DNA from: Chiloscyllium plagiosum
Taxonomy: Eukaryota
Length of the DNA: 64,000 nt
Reading direction: 5' to 3'
Assembly: GCF_004010195.1 (NCBI RefSeq)
Contig: NC_057719.1
Location: 33,965,981 to 34,029,980 of the forward strand
Position numbers and translations under genes: made by a program. This document shows positions 24,377-37,270 of the stretch, piece after piece. Each line of letters begins with the position of its first letter. Within the stretch, counting starts at the first letter, position 1. The notes beneath the pieces are model-generated. The model made no database searches. It was not told where the DNA came from and saw only the letters and a program-made list of their open reading frames with translations.

Positions 24377-26067
24377 AATTGGAACAGTTAGTAATTAGTG
24401 ATTAAATAATACATTTAAGTATGTCACTAGCATAAAGTTATTCTTCATTTTGTTGCATTTTAATTGCATTGTAAGAATAAAGTGTGTTCTTATTAAAGCT
24501 TAGTGGAACAGTCAAATCATATCTTGCACCCAGCACCTTACACTTAGCCTAGATTTTAATTTATTTTAAAGGTATCTCCAGAATAAAATTTTGGGGGAGG
24601 CTAGTCTGGACTCTAATGCTTTGAACACTTATTTTGTATAAAACTTGCAGAGAATAGACACCACAATCTTATCCTTTTAATTTTTGACAAGTGAAAGATA
24701 CGATACAATACAATAAGAACAAACTCCTGTTTATCAGCAGTAGACCAAGAAGAACAGGCATACTGTTGAATAAATCTACTAATTTGGACTAAATTTATCT
24801 TGCATGCATGTTTTCAGTAATTGGATTGAAAGAAGCTGTTCAAAGTCTCACCTTTGGAACCCCCAAGCTTCCGAGTTGATGTGACAGGTGTATCTGTTTA
24901 GTGCACCTGTATACCAAAGTATGAAAGTAATTACATGGAAGGAGAAACTAATGAGCAAGCATATACCTCGCCCATATTCAATTAACAAGCTAAAATTCCT
25001 CACAAACAATCAAATATATGTCCTATCATTCAGTTGACAAGATGAATAGAATCCCTTATTCCTGTGATCTTATCACACAACATTTTCTTTATGTGATTAA
25101 TGACTGGAGGTTCAAATGGATCAACTCAGCTCAAACCTATTTTAAATTCCACATTTTGCCAGCACATTGATACTACCTTCCACCCTCAATTCTCTATTAC
25201 ATAGGTACACTTTAATTGAAGATAATCAATTATTTTACATAGCAGGGCCCGATTAAGAACCCCAGGAGCTGCACTATTAAGACCTGTTCTCAACTAACTG
25301 ATCAGCTTACACAAACATAAAACAGATGATCTTGTAAGAATGGCTTTTCATTATATTCAATTCAAAGTTCATTGGCCTCTATTCCAGACAGGGAAATCTA
25401 ATCTGCTTACAGTGGCTTTAGCTTTTTAAACTCCAGCAGTACTCTTGCAAACAATCTCTAAATCTACCGGCACTTAACATGTAAGTAAGTTCAACACATG
25501 CCCTCAGAGGGAGATCAAGTGCACTCAGTCGTTTTCAAATAGAAATTCTACATATGTAGATCTCTCATCATTTTGTTTTGTAAACTCTTGGGTGTGATAG
25601 ACATCTGGCAACCATCTCAGTTCTAATTAAATGTCCACCAAAATGACAACCTACTCTTTCTTTCAATGGACAGACTTCTACTCCCAGAATAGGAAGCTGG
25701 AATAATAACTAGTGTGATTAATTAATTGGATAAGAGTCCAAAGAATTCAATTTTATTGTGAAGATAAATTATATGAATGAAGTCCTCCCTTCTTCGAAGG
25801 CGAGTTGATCCATTCGCTATCAAATTCTGAGAGCTTTTTTGTTTGTCATGAATTGAACAACTTCCTGTAATTACCTTCACTTTCCTGATTAACTTTAACC
25901 AATCAGAATGCTAGATGTTTCAGGTACACGACCACATTTGGCAGACACTTATGTAGTGACTTGATCTTTGGCTTCCAGTCTCCCTTTTGTGCCTTGAACA
26001 AAATGCTGCAAGTGTTCACTGTCTTCACTTTTGCTGTCCACTCTGTAACTGCAGTAAGCATATCCAA

Positions 26068-26420
26068 AGAATCAGAGAATCCCTCTAGTATGGAAACAGG
26101 TCCTTCGGCCCAACAGGTCCACACTGACCCTCAGAAGAGTATCCCACCCAAACCCACTCCCATACCCTATTACTCTACATTTACCCCTGACTAATTCACC
26201 AAACCTACATATCCCTGAACACTATGGGCAATTTAGCATAGGCAATTCACCTACCCTGCATATCTTTGGATTGTGGAAGGAAACCGGAGCACCTGGAAGA
26301 AACCCATACAGACACAGGGAGAATGTGCAAATTCCACAAAGTGGCCCAAGGCCGGCATCAAACCTGGGTCCCTGGTGCTGCAAGACAGCAGTGCTAACCA
26401 CTGAGCTACCATGCTGCCCA
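26068..26420 (-). mobile_element. HE1-type V-SINE
   Basis: tRNA head, V-domain and CR1-like tail on the minus strand. Confidence 0.9.
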
Positions 26421-26900
26421 CAGTGAAATCAAAAGAATCAGGACAGTATATTTCCTGGATTATCATAGAACCCACCTGGATATTGCCAGTGGACCAGCTT
26501 GTATCTCAGAATGGGAGTTCAGCACAAAATGTAAACAACAGCTTGTGATGGTAGGGTACTGAGAAGTGTCAATGTGAAAGGTTGCTAAAGGAAAAAATAC
26601 TGAGTCAACATTAAAGATGGTGTGTATGCCTGCTGCATACACTAGAAACATGGTACACGTGGCTAAACAGCATCAGTGATGGGTAGAAGTGGGGCCCATT
26701 TATTAGAGCTACCACCAGTATCAGTTCAGGTGATGGACCATGTTTATTCTGTGGAGTTGACCCACAGTCAATCCTGGAAGTTGAGCAAAATCAGTTCAGG
26801 CATTACTGTTTGTTCAGTTGTGAACATATTTCAAATTCAGTCCAGGGATAGACCATGGTTAATCAAGAGGGTGAACCAAGCTTAAACTGATGTCATTATG

Positions 26901-26981
26901 ATCTATCCATATCAACATAGAGGCTTTGCCTCATTGTCTATCTATCCATATCAACATAGAGTATGGGATTTGCCTCATTGT
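26901..26981. repeat. Local ~40 bp tandem duplication
   Basis: ATCTATCCATATCAACATAGAG..TTTGCCTCATTGT occurs twice. Confidence 0.9.
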
Positions 26982-28540
26982 ATTGGCTAGCTGAAAGATT
27001 AGTTACTATCGTATGGAAGTGTGGGGTCTGGTTGGATGAAGTCGGGGAGTGTATGGTCTCACTGGAGCGGAGGGGAGGTCAAGGGAACTCATTACAACTC
27101 TGGTCTTGATCTGAGGAGGGTGCAAAGTCAGCAACAGTATTGGCATCTCCATTGTTAGGGGTCAGGTGGTAGAGCAAGGTCATTGTTGGTAACGTAAAGG
27201 GCTCAGTCAAAATGGTTGGAAAGAATGAAACGTCATTAGGTAAACAGGGATTGTGAAAATCTAAGGCAAGTACAGAATGAAGTGGATATCCTGTGTACAG
27301 GCAATGCCTGCAATTCACTGCAGTGAACATAAATTCTGAAGCTCACCATATTGTTCAGAAATCAACTGCACCATTGCTTTCGATTTTGATAAGGTAGCAC
27401 CCAAAGTAGGAAGGCTAAATGACATTCTTCCTGGAAGGAAACAGAGTTCATTACTGGGATTTGTGGCCAATTGAAGAGTGAGTAATCAGGAGTCCAATAA
27501 TTACTTATTGTTCAGTACTGCCTTCAATCCCACAAACATCATGTCAATGTAACTCATACAATCCCTGGTTAGGTCAATTCCCAGTAACTGTGAATGTCTG
27601 CACGGATGCTGAAAGCCTACAGAGGGTACTACAGAGGCTGGACTGCATCATCTCCACTCAAAATAATATTTTAAGTTGAATTATGTGAACTTGAGTTTGA
27701 AAATGTTGCTATTCAAAAGAATTTTATAGAACAATAGTAATGTCTTTATATCTGGGTTTTAATTCCCTCAGATGTCTGTCATTATGTGTCTAAACAGCGG
27801 AAAAAGAAAGTTCTGTTTTGCTCATACATGAGCAACATGATCTCATGAAGTAATGAATTAAAGTACATTGTGGCTTGATTAGCACACTTGTGATTACTTA
27901 GATCAGCAATAATCGATGCAGTAAAGAACATAAATTCAAAATTCAATGTTCTATATTTATCATAGTAGACCCAACTATAGGACTGTAACAATTACGTTTC
28001 AGCTGCCATAGCCTCATATGTAGGATGAGGTGAGATGTCTAACATGGTCGGGTTGTGGGTGGTGGAGGGGTTGGTGTGGATTTGGCTGTGTGGAAATGGA
28101 CACCAAGATCTTTCTGGCAGCTATGTCATGCTGAGGCCACATCAAAAACTGACATGAGGTTAGGATGACTATTGTTTATGGAAGTGGATAATGTCAGTCT
28201 AGAAGATAATCCTGGGAACTGTAGTATCTGATTCCAAGTGCCTGTGATATTGGTGACAGCAAGGAGCTGTCCTCTCAAGCTACACAACAATGGAAATTCA
28301 CATGGAGAGTTTGCTGGTTCAGGATTTGGCCAAGTGTAAGACTAACCTCTGTGTGGAATGTAGCCTGGAGCTTCAAGAGGAGGGATGCCAGAGGAAAAAT
28401 GTTCCATTGATAAGTCTGCATGATTTTACTTATTGTTCCCATAGACCTCCTGTAAGTGAAGGGATGGCATGAATGAACCTTGCCATTCTTCTTGTGATGC
28501 TCCATTCATTGAAGATTCCTAAGACAACAGCATCCAAAGA

Positions 28541-28810
28541 TGTGAGAAGATTTGTAGCTTGGGTGCTCGTTGTTGTGGTTCTGTTCGCCGAGCTGGGAAT
28601 TTGTGTTGCAGACATTTTGTCCCCTGTCTAGGTGACATCCTCAGTGCTTGGGAGCCTCCTGTGAAGCGCTTCTGTGATTTTTCCTCCGGCATTTATAGTG
28701 ATTTGTACCTGCCGCTTCCGGTTGTCAGTTCCAGCTGTCCGCTGCAGTGGCCGGTATATTGGGTCCAGGTCAATGTGTTTGTTGATAGAATCTGTGGATG
28801 AGTGCCATGC
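28541..28810 (-). mobile_element. Penelope-like element 3' end (family C)
   Basis: AWHSSTDSINKHIDLDPIYRPL, typical of the post-GIY-YIG C-terminus of Penelope ORFs, followed by a 3' region with a hammerhead motif. Confidence 0.8.
28608..28647 (-). ncRNA. Minimal hammerhead motif, decayed by CpG mutation
   Basis: GCA-CTGAGGA-T-GTC(ACCTAGACAGGG)GAC-AAAA-TG-TC-TGC: stem I GCA/TGC, GAAA box changed to AAAA. Confidence 0.6.
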
Positions 28811-28949
28811 AGCCACAGCCACCAGCAACCATAGATGTAGAAGAATCAAGAAAAAACTACCATGCTCAAGTTTTCAGCACAAAACTGAATTGGCAGGTTT
28901 TGATGCAAATAATCCCAGATGAGCTACAGCCAGTATAGATGATGGCCTG

Positions 28950-29760
28950 GCCCATTTTCTCGTACTGATGCCAGCTACTAGATGAGGGCCTGTGGTCATG
29001 TGGACTGAATGGCAAACACATCCTGGTCACTTCCAAGGTGATGGCTGCCCTTAATCATTACTGAGAACTTCCATGGCTTTTTTCACAATTGTCAGTTCAT
29101 AACTTTATCCAGGATGTCACAGATGCTCTCTTCACAAGAGCCCACCTTTTCATGCAGGGATTCAGGTAGCCAGAACATTAAGGGTTTTGGCCATTGCTGG
29201 TTTTTCACTGGTTCAACATCCAATTTATTGCACTTGAATAGAAATCAGAGTACCATATTGTGAATCAGCAGCCTTTATCCCTTAACATTCAAATAATTTG
29301 TGACTCCAACACCCAAATAATGCAGGGCTGTACTAGATATCCAAGGAACTAACATGTCTCATAAACCTGGCCCACTCACAGGTGCTAGCCTCTTTCAAAA
29401 GCCTTTGGCACACACAAGGATGGTTGCTGGGCAACATCTGGTTGATACCATGACTGAGAAATCTTCAGACTAATGCCAAGGAGCGATACGATGCCCATGC
29501 TACAACAAGGGCAGGCCATAGGCTTCCTGAAAAGGAAGTGTTGCAACTTGGACCGGTCAGGTAATGCAATGCAGTATACCTCAGACTTGGAAGCCCCACA
29601 TCATGATGGCATGTTGCACATTCCACAAACTCAGTTGCCGATGGAAGCATGTGTTGAGTGGAGAGGGGACTTAGAAGTGAGAGGAAACATCTCAAGAGGA
29701 AGATGAGAAAGTAAATCATCTGTGCCAAGATAATTGTTAAAGAGATGAAAAAGACAGGGC
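28950..29760 (+). mobile_element. Harbinger transposase (HARBI1-like DDE) fossil
   Basis: KVMAALNHY, AIAGFSLVQHPIYCT, SLNIQIICDSNTQIMQGCTRYP, GWLLG, QAIGFLKRK..LDRSGNAMQY, with many stops. Confidence 0.8.
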
Positions 29761-31354
29761 AATGTTCTGCTGAGCTTGAAAGGGCCAAGACAATTTTAAC
29801 ATGACAGGATGATTGAGCTGACTAGAGATGTTTTCTGCACCTTTCTACTTCCAATTATGCAGCTGGCTCTTGGGCCTCTGCTCCATACAACATTCCCCAA
29901 TTGAAATCAGTTTTTGTTTGCTTCATCTTTCTAATAAATTGGTGACTTTTCATTTTAGCTGTGATTTCGATCTCCTCACTCTTTAAAAGCTAAAGGGTAT
30001 GTGTAAACCTTGCCCTGGACCAACACTAGCTCTAAAGCAGCTGTGATACATTGAGCACCATTATGACTACTCAGTCCTAGCTGATAGCACTGAAATCGTC
30101 CTTTTTTTCTCATAGACATATGTGTCAAACTGGAAATTCTACTGTTTGGTGAATATTGCCAAGTTGTCCCAGATCCTGAGACATTTCCAGAAGCACTATG
30201 TATCCATGTTTCCTCGGTTTAACTCTAAAACTATGAGATATTGACGTGCAATATGTCCACTGTCAATGTCACATTGGCAAATTTTCTAGCATAGTTTTGG
30301 AAATCCCAGTTGGGGGCAGATCTATCCCATACTGGAGCCTGTAGCTCCATGACACATTCTACCTAATTATTCTTGTAAGGTGCCTTTGTGGGGTCCTAAG
30401 CTGACTCTTATTGTTTACATTAGCACCCCTGAGACTACTCTGAAGCACCATGACTTCTATCTTCACCTGATAGATATTTGAATCCCTGATGGATGGGGCA
30501 ATCTCTAGTTAGTCAATTTGCAAAGACCCACTGGTGATGTCTCCCTAGGGCTTAATAAGACTATAACAGAGGGTTAAAACAGCAAATACAGTACATACTT
30601 AAAAAAGTGTAAATTGGATACACTGATTAAGCTCCCTTGCCACTGATGAGCCTTAGAAAGTTTGTTTTCCCTCTCTATTGCACCAAGTCGAGTTGCAGCC
30701 TGATATTTACAGCTGGTAGGTGTCCTCCTGCCCAGGTACAGATATATAATCTGAGCCTTAGCTTCTGCAGGTAACTGGGTCACTGGCAGATGGGAGGGGC
30801 AGAGCACATCAGGAGAGCCTTGAGAAGAAGCTGCTGAATATAAGCTTGTCACACCTCCTCTTAATGCATGTCCACTGGCACCACTCTGTCTACCTGAGAA
30901 GAAAGGGCACCCAGAGTGACGTTGAAGTTCCTCCACCTCTTGTTCTGAAAATCCAAGACCAAAATGCTAGAAGGTCAGTCTGAGTGCATGTCTACCAGCA
31001 GTGCAACATTCTGCTTTGTTTCTAACCTTGGTCTCCATGGCTATTGTCACCCTTTCAATAGGAGCAGCCAGGAGCCATCAGTAGTGCAAACTTTAACAGA
31101 TTCCATCTTTCACTTCAGCCAATAGAGAGCCTCGAGCATATCTGTAGGTGTCCCCTGCCTCTCCATGGAGGTTGAGTATGTCTTTTGAGTACCAAAGACC
31201 TCAGGCATGTCTTGTTCACAAACTGCAGACATGTCTCAGTGCTGTACACAACACATTATGTCCCTGTGTCTAATCTAGATAAGAGTTTGCACTGAGATGG
31301 TTACCTCTGTGTGGGTGGTGGATGCACATGAATACCCTGCTGCCACATTCTGGA

Positions 31355-31665
31355 AGATTAGATTACCTACAGTGTGGAAACAGGCCCTTCGGCCCAACAA
31401 GTCCACACCGACCCGCTGAAGCGAAACCCACCCATACCCCTACATTTACCCCTTATCTAACACTACGGGCAATTTAGTATGGCCAATTCACCTGACCCTG
31501 CACATCTTTGGACTGTGGGAGGAAACCGGAGCACCCAGAGGAAACCCACACAGACACAGGGAGAATGTGCAAACTCCACGCAGACAGTCGCCCTAGGCAG
31601 GAATTGAACCCAGGTCCTTGGTGCTGTGAGGCAGCAGTGCTAACCACTGAGCCATCGTTCCGCCT
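31355..31665 (-). mobile_element. HE1-type V-SINE
   Basis: Near identity to 22680-22985. Confidence 0.95.
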
Positions 31666-31889
31666 CAACCGGAAGGGTGATTAGGCTTTATCTTGAGAGA
31701 TGGAACTGGTACTGATGAGTTCAGGCTATGATCTCTTGTGCTGTATTGGGCAGCACACATACCTGTAAAGGATAAAAGAAATAATTAGTTGGTGAAGATG
31801 TGCACTAGCTTTGGTGGGCTGATGTGTTTGCCTTTATGTACCTGCAAGAACAGCAGACCACAAGGCTGCTTACTGGACTATTCCTGACA

Positions 31890-32500
31890 CCGTGTTGCAA
31901 CTGGCATTTATCCAGTATTCTCCAGCCAGTTCTATTCCTCACTCCTTGTTAGGGCTGAGGATTTTAATGGCTGACACCCCTCTGTCAAGCATGGCCTTCT
32001 CTGCATGGTTGTGAGCCACCTTGTCCTGCAATGAGATGAAGAGCTATATCGAGTGTGATTGCAGTGGGAACAGGAGCAGTTTGTGTGTGTCCAGAATTGC
32101 ATCTGGTAGTGAGCTATCCCCAGTTAGTGAGTCAAGTGTACAGTGGACAGGAAGGGTTTACTCTTTGGAAGCAACTGATGGGTATGAGGCCTTCAGTGCA
32201 TACAAATGTGGTGCAGGAATTTGTAGGCTATGAGGCTCTGTGAGATACCTGTGCAGTGGCACAGTTGGACTGAGTAGCCAAGCTGAGTATAAGCCGACAA
32301 ATGATGCTACTTATCCTTGTGGAGCAGGGGAAACCATTTATTTTCTTCAGCAATGTAACTGGGTGTGTTTGTGGCAGTCAATTAGACTGACTGATGCAGT
32401 TCCCTCCCTCCAGGCTGGACAGGTTTAATGGCTGGTGTCATCCCCAGGAAATGGACCTCCTTTCTTTCTTTACTCCATACAGCAACATGTGTAAAGAAAT
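31890..32500 (-). mobile_element. Harbinger Myb/SANT-like ORF1 fossil (two exon remnants)
   Basis: Exon-1-like PAWREGTASVSLI..TQLHC*RK (~32310-32480). Exon-2-like after a CATTGCAG acceptor: DKVAHNHAEKAMLDRGVSAIKILSPNKE*GIELAG (~31920-32027). Confidence 0.65.
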
Positions 32501-33446
32501 GTCTTTATAGCACGAGGTGAGCTTTGGCTTCTTAATGGCATGTTAAATGTGTTGAAGTGACAATCACAGGCTGAATGAAAGCCCTTGGCTTACAGCGAGG
32601 GAAGTATTATCCAGCTGACCTTTAAATATGATGCCACAGCCATCGGCACTGCAAGGTCCCACCAGGGGTGAGAGGCTGCTGCTCTATTGCCACGTTTGAT
32701 GCCCTGAGCCACTCGCACAACATCTTGTACAGCGAAAGTAATGAGAGCATGTAATTGTGCAACCAGTCCGTGGCAGAAATGACAACTGTTAACATGCACG
32801 CCGCTGTATTTTAACTACAGGATTGAAATTCCCAGCCCATGTTTCAGCAGTTCTGTTGAAAAGACATCAACCTGAAGCATTAACTCTTTTTCTCCCTCTG
32901 CAGATAACTGCTTCACCTCCCAAGGATTTCACGTATTGTCTGTTTTCATTTCAGATGTCCACCACGTGCATTATTTTACATTTCTCCCATATAGTTTCTG
33001 TTTTTATTTTAGATTTTCTATATTTGCAGTTTTTCTTTTAGTGTTTGTTCTCTTGATTGTTATGCATTCTCTCTGGTTGATGTTGAATCTAATTTGGTTT
33101 TGATGTTAACATGTTGACTGGCTGTGCCATATGTACTTGTAGCAAATGGCAGTCAGAATGACTACAATGAATACAAATGCATAAGGTCAGAGTGGGGATG
33201 TTCATCAATAATTACACAGCGTTCTTTAGCATGTCTTCAGGTAATGTGGCAGTCTGTTTTTGCATGCCACACAATGGACAATATTCGTGTAGAAACTGAT
33301 AAGTGGAAGTAACATTTGTGCCTCTGAAATGCCAGACAATGGTTTTCTTCAAGAGAAAGTCTCACCACTTTCCTTTGACATTCAATGGCATTTCCCACCA
33401 TCAGCACTGAGGAATTATCACTGAACTGAACCATAACTGATTTAAA

Positions 33447-35092
33447 GTCAAGAGTGTGTCACTGGGAAATCACAGCAGGTCAGGCAGCATCCTAGGAGGA
33501 GGAGAATCGACGTTTTAGGCATAAGCCCTTCATCAGGAATGAGGCTTATGGGCCGTGGACTGAGAGATAAAAAGGAAGGGGGTTGGGGTTGGGAGGAAAG
33601 TAACCCCCAATGCCTCATCTTCACCATGGACATCCAGTCCCTGTACACATCGATCCACCACAACAAAGATCTCCAAGCCCTCCGTTTCTTTCTCTCATGC
33701 TGTCCCAACCAGTACCCTTCCACTGCCACCCTCATCTGCCTGGCTAAACTGGTCCTCACCCTCAACAACTTCTCTTTCAAATCCTCCCACTTCCTCCAAA
33801 CCAAAGGGGTAGACATGGACACCCAAAGGGGCCCCAGCTATGCCTGCCTTTTTGTTAGATATGTGGAACAGTCCATCTTCCACAGTTACACCAGCACCAT
33901 CCCCCACCTGTTCCTCCATTACATTGATGACTGTATCGGCGCTAAATCATGCTCCCACGAGGAGGTTGAACAGTTCATCAACTTTACCAACACCTTTCAA
34001 CCCAACCTCAAATTCACCTGGATCACCTCAGACACCTCCCTTCCCTTCCTTGACCTCTCCATCACCATCTCCTTTGAGCTACTAATCACAGACATCTATT
34101 ACAAGACCACCGACTGCCACAGCTCCTAGACTACACCTCCTCCCACCCTACCTCCTGTAAAACACCATCCCCAATTCCCAATTCCTCCGCCTCCTCTGCA
34201 TCTATTCCCAGGATGACCAATTCCACCTTAGAAACTCCTAGATGTCCTCCTTCCAAGATCGCAACTTCCCTTACCACGTGGTTGACGATGCCTTCCAGCG
34301 CATCTCCTCTACTTCACGTACCACCGCCCTTGAACTCCACCCCACCAAACGCAACAAGGACAGAAACCCCCTGGTTCTTACATTGCACCCCATCAACCTC
34401 CACATTTATTGCAATATCCTCTGCTATTTCTGCTACCTTGGAACAGACCCTACCGCCAAAGATATATTCCCTCCCCACCCCTATCAGCGTTCCGGAGAGA
34501 CCACTCCCTCTGCGACTCCCTCGTCAGGTCCATTCCCCCCACCACCCCACACCCGACTCCTGGCACCTTTCCCTGCCACCACAAAAAGTGCAAAACCTGT
34601 GCCCACACCACTCCCCTCACCTCCGACCACAGCCCCAAGGGATCCTTCCACATCCAACAGAAATTTACCTATACTTCTACCAATGTAATTTACTGCATGT
34701 GTTGCACCCAGTGTGGTCTCTTTACATCGGGGAGACAGGACGCCTCCTTGCGGATTCTTTCAGAGAACATCTCTGAGACACGTACACCCACCAACCCCAC
34801 CGGCCCATGGCTGAACCCTTCAATTCCGTCTTCCACTCCGTCAAGGACATGCAGGCCCTGGGCCTCCTCCACTGCCAAACCATTACCACTCGACGCCTGG
34901 ATGAAGAACGCCTCATATTCCACCTTGGGACCCTGCAACTACACGGGATTAATATGGATTTCAACAGCTTCCTCATTTCCCCTCCCCCCACATTATCCCA
35001 GTCCCAAGCCTCCAACTTGGCACCGCCCTTCTGACCTGTCTCTTTGCTTTCCCAGCAACACACTCTCGACTCTGATCTCCAGCAACATTTTC
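33447..35092 (+). mobile_element. 5'-truncated Penelope retroelement (RT and GIY-YIG) with inverted 5' terminal copy and 16 bp TSD
   Basis: RT motifs FTMDIQSLYTSI, QTKGVDM..GPSYACLF and YIDD. Linker CHHKKCKTCAH. GIY-YIG NVIYC..YIGETGR..FREHL. 33447-33600 is the inverted terminus. CCATAACTGATTTAAA at 33431-33446 and 35093-35108. The ORF is frameshifted. Confidence 0.95.
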
Positions 35093-35487
35093 CCATAACT
35101 GATTTAAACACTGGTTAAAATAGCGTGAGAGGCTGAGACACTGGCAACAAGCGGCTTGGCCTCACTCACCAAATCCTTTCCTATATCTGCAGCCATGACT
35201 GGAAAGGCATGATGGAACACACTCCATTGTGTAAGTGAGTGCAGCTCCAACAATACTTTAGAACTTGATGTCGCAAAGAGCAAAGCAGCCTTCTTAATTG
35301 ACACCCCAAGCGCTACCATAAGCATACTCCTCCTCCAGTATTGTTTTGCAGTGACAGCTGTATATATTGTCCAGCAGATGTACTGTGACAGCTCACCAGA
35401 GTCTTTTTGACAGCACCTCCATATCCTGTGACAATGACATTGTCTTAGAAAGACAATGCAGCAGATGCATGGGAACACCACCATCTT

Positions 35488-35744
35488 CAAGGGGACATAA
35501 ATTTAAGGTGAAGGGTGGAAGGTATAGGGGAGATGTCAGGGGTGGGTTCTTTACCCAGAGAGTGGTGGGGGCATGGAATGCGCTACCTGTGGGAGTGGTA
35601 GAGTCAGAATCTTTGGTGACCTTTAAGCGGCAATTGGATAGGTACATGGATGGGTGCTTAAGCTAGGACAAATGTTCGGCACAACATCGTGGGCCGAAGG
35701 GCCTGTTCTGTGCTGTATTGTTCTATGTTCTATGTTCTATGTTC
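35488..35744 (+). mobile_element. Young CR1 3' end
   Basis: RGHKFKVKGGRYRGDVRGGFFTQRVVGAWNALP and a (TTCTATG)n tail. Confidence 0.95.
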
Positions 35745-35861
35745 AGTCCACACACTATCCTGACTTGAAACTACATCACTGTACCTTCATTGTCAATGGA
35801 TTTAAACTCCTGATTTCTGTTCATTACACACTGTGGAAACACTGTTGTTGTTTGGAGAAAA

Positions 35862-36050
35862 TAGTGGTGTGGCAGTAAAATTGCTGGGTTCAAAATCGAT
35901 AGGAAGAGACTGATGTTCTAGGGTGAAACGTTCAAATTTCACCATGGCTTTGGAATTGAAGGTCAATCTTAGTTATTGTGACCACTAAACAATTACCAAT
36001 TGTCCATAATACTTGTCTGGTTCCCTAACATCTTTTAGGAAATGAAATCT
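35862..36050 (+). mobile_element. Degenerate tRNA-derived SINE (non-HE1 family)
   Basis: GTGGTGTGGCAGTA..GTTCAAATTTCACCATGG..TCTGGTTCCCTAA..TTTAGGAAATGAAATCTG. Confidence 0.5.
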
Positions 36051-36879
36051 GTTTATAAGGACATGGTCCTGAAAGTGTTGGTCCTCCAGCCAAACATGTT
36101 CTGGAAAAAGCAGAAAACCTCCAGATTGCTTGAATTTTTGAAGTCAGTGATTTATTGGAGATGGGGTAGTCATGAATAGAATTACTTACATGAATGCATA
36201 AATGTTAAATATGGGAAAGGAAAGCTTTGGGGAGATGTTGTATAAGGTAATTATTCTGAAAGAGTTAATATTTGAGAATGCATTAAGCTCACCCATTCTG
36301 ATGGTGTCATAATCAGATGAAGAAAAAAAGAAAAAAGATGCTATGACCTCGAAGAAGACATACTTGTTATCCTCTGTCTCCTCAGAGTCATTAAGTTTAT
36401 GCTTCAGTCACTAATATAATTTGTCCTTGATTTATGACATGCAATGAACTTTATATTTTAAGACAAGCCCCTTTGACTTACTTGTGGTTTTCCTTTGCCA
36501 CTGGAAACCAAATAGGCCTTTAGACCCAGTGAATGAAAGGGGATGATGGCAGCAAAATACCACAAACACAAGCCAATAATGGTTGGCATCATAGCACATT
36601 GAATGCTACCCCTACCTAACTGTTTGTGACTCTGGATAATGTGGATAATTTCCTCTGGAGATTATTTTTAATTCTCCTCAGTTGCAATTGTTCACAGAGA
36701 CAAAACTTTAATGTAGCAATCCTTAGCTGTGTGTACCTTAATCCTTAGTTATGACTTTCCTGAGGAAATCTGTTGGTTGTTTTCTTCACCACAAAACTCT
36801 GTGGTGATCACTGTAGATTCTTCCACCACTTTAAAATTAAGAAAGCTTTTACATAGAATTTGGACCTGATTTGTTAGTT

Positions 36880-37270
36880 GTGGGATCACTTCACTCTGGA
36901 TATCCCTTGATGCTTATACTGTTTGACATGGGCATGGTCCTGTGTTGCAGTTCACTGGGTTGACACCTAATTTTTATGGATGCATTGTGCTGCTCCTGGC
37001 ATGCTCTCCTGTGCTCTTCATTGAACTCGAGTTGATCTCCTGGCTTGATGGTAATTATAAAGTGGGGATATGACAGGCTAGGAATTTCCAGATTGTGTTG
37101 GAATATAATTCTGCTGATGGCCACAGCATCTCATTGAGGTTGAATTTTGAGTTGCCTGATGTGTTCAAAGATTATCCCATTTCGCATGATGATGGCTCTC
37201 ATGTGCTACAGTATTCTTTATGTGAAAACAGGATTTTGTCTCCAGTGGAACTGTGCAGACATCATAGCTT
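36880..37270 (-). mobile_element. Old LINE ORF2 fragment
   Basis: ITIKPGDQLEFNEEHRRACQEQH (EN-RT linker PW.N motif). A similar RPWL remnant lies at ~26850(+). Confidence 0.55.

Larger units (their letters stand above)
22267..24616 (+). mobile_element. Probable old Gypsy solo LTR split by insertions (pieces ~22267-22675 and ~24378-24616)
   Basis: Starts TGTCACGAT. The distal piece has AATAAAGTGTGTT..GGGGGAGGCTAGTCTGGACTCTAA, resembling a U5 end. The terminal CA is not clear. Confidence 0.4.
33235..35830 (+). mobile_element. Old CR1/L2-like LINE 3' region hosting the Penelope and a younger CR1 tail
   Basis: Remnants DNIRVETDKWK before the Penelope, and SAAPTILRT..SKAAFLIDTP after it. The 3' UTR matches 2415-2770(-). 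Confidence 0.55.

Noticed and set aside
27990..28540. Possible LINE endonuclease remnant (VVLGIFN) on the minus strand
   Set aside because: A single weak motif, not enough to call.
28950..29760. Domesticated HARBI1 or NAIF1 genes (also 5925-6165, 62100-63380)
   Set aside because: Many stops and frameshifts, consistent with transposon fossils.
33539..35098. Penelope ORFs as a functional CDS or host gene
   Set aside because: RT and GIY-YIG are split across frames, 5'-truncated and TSD-flanked, so this is a dead TE copy.
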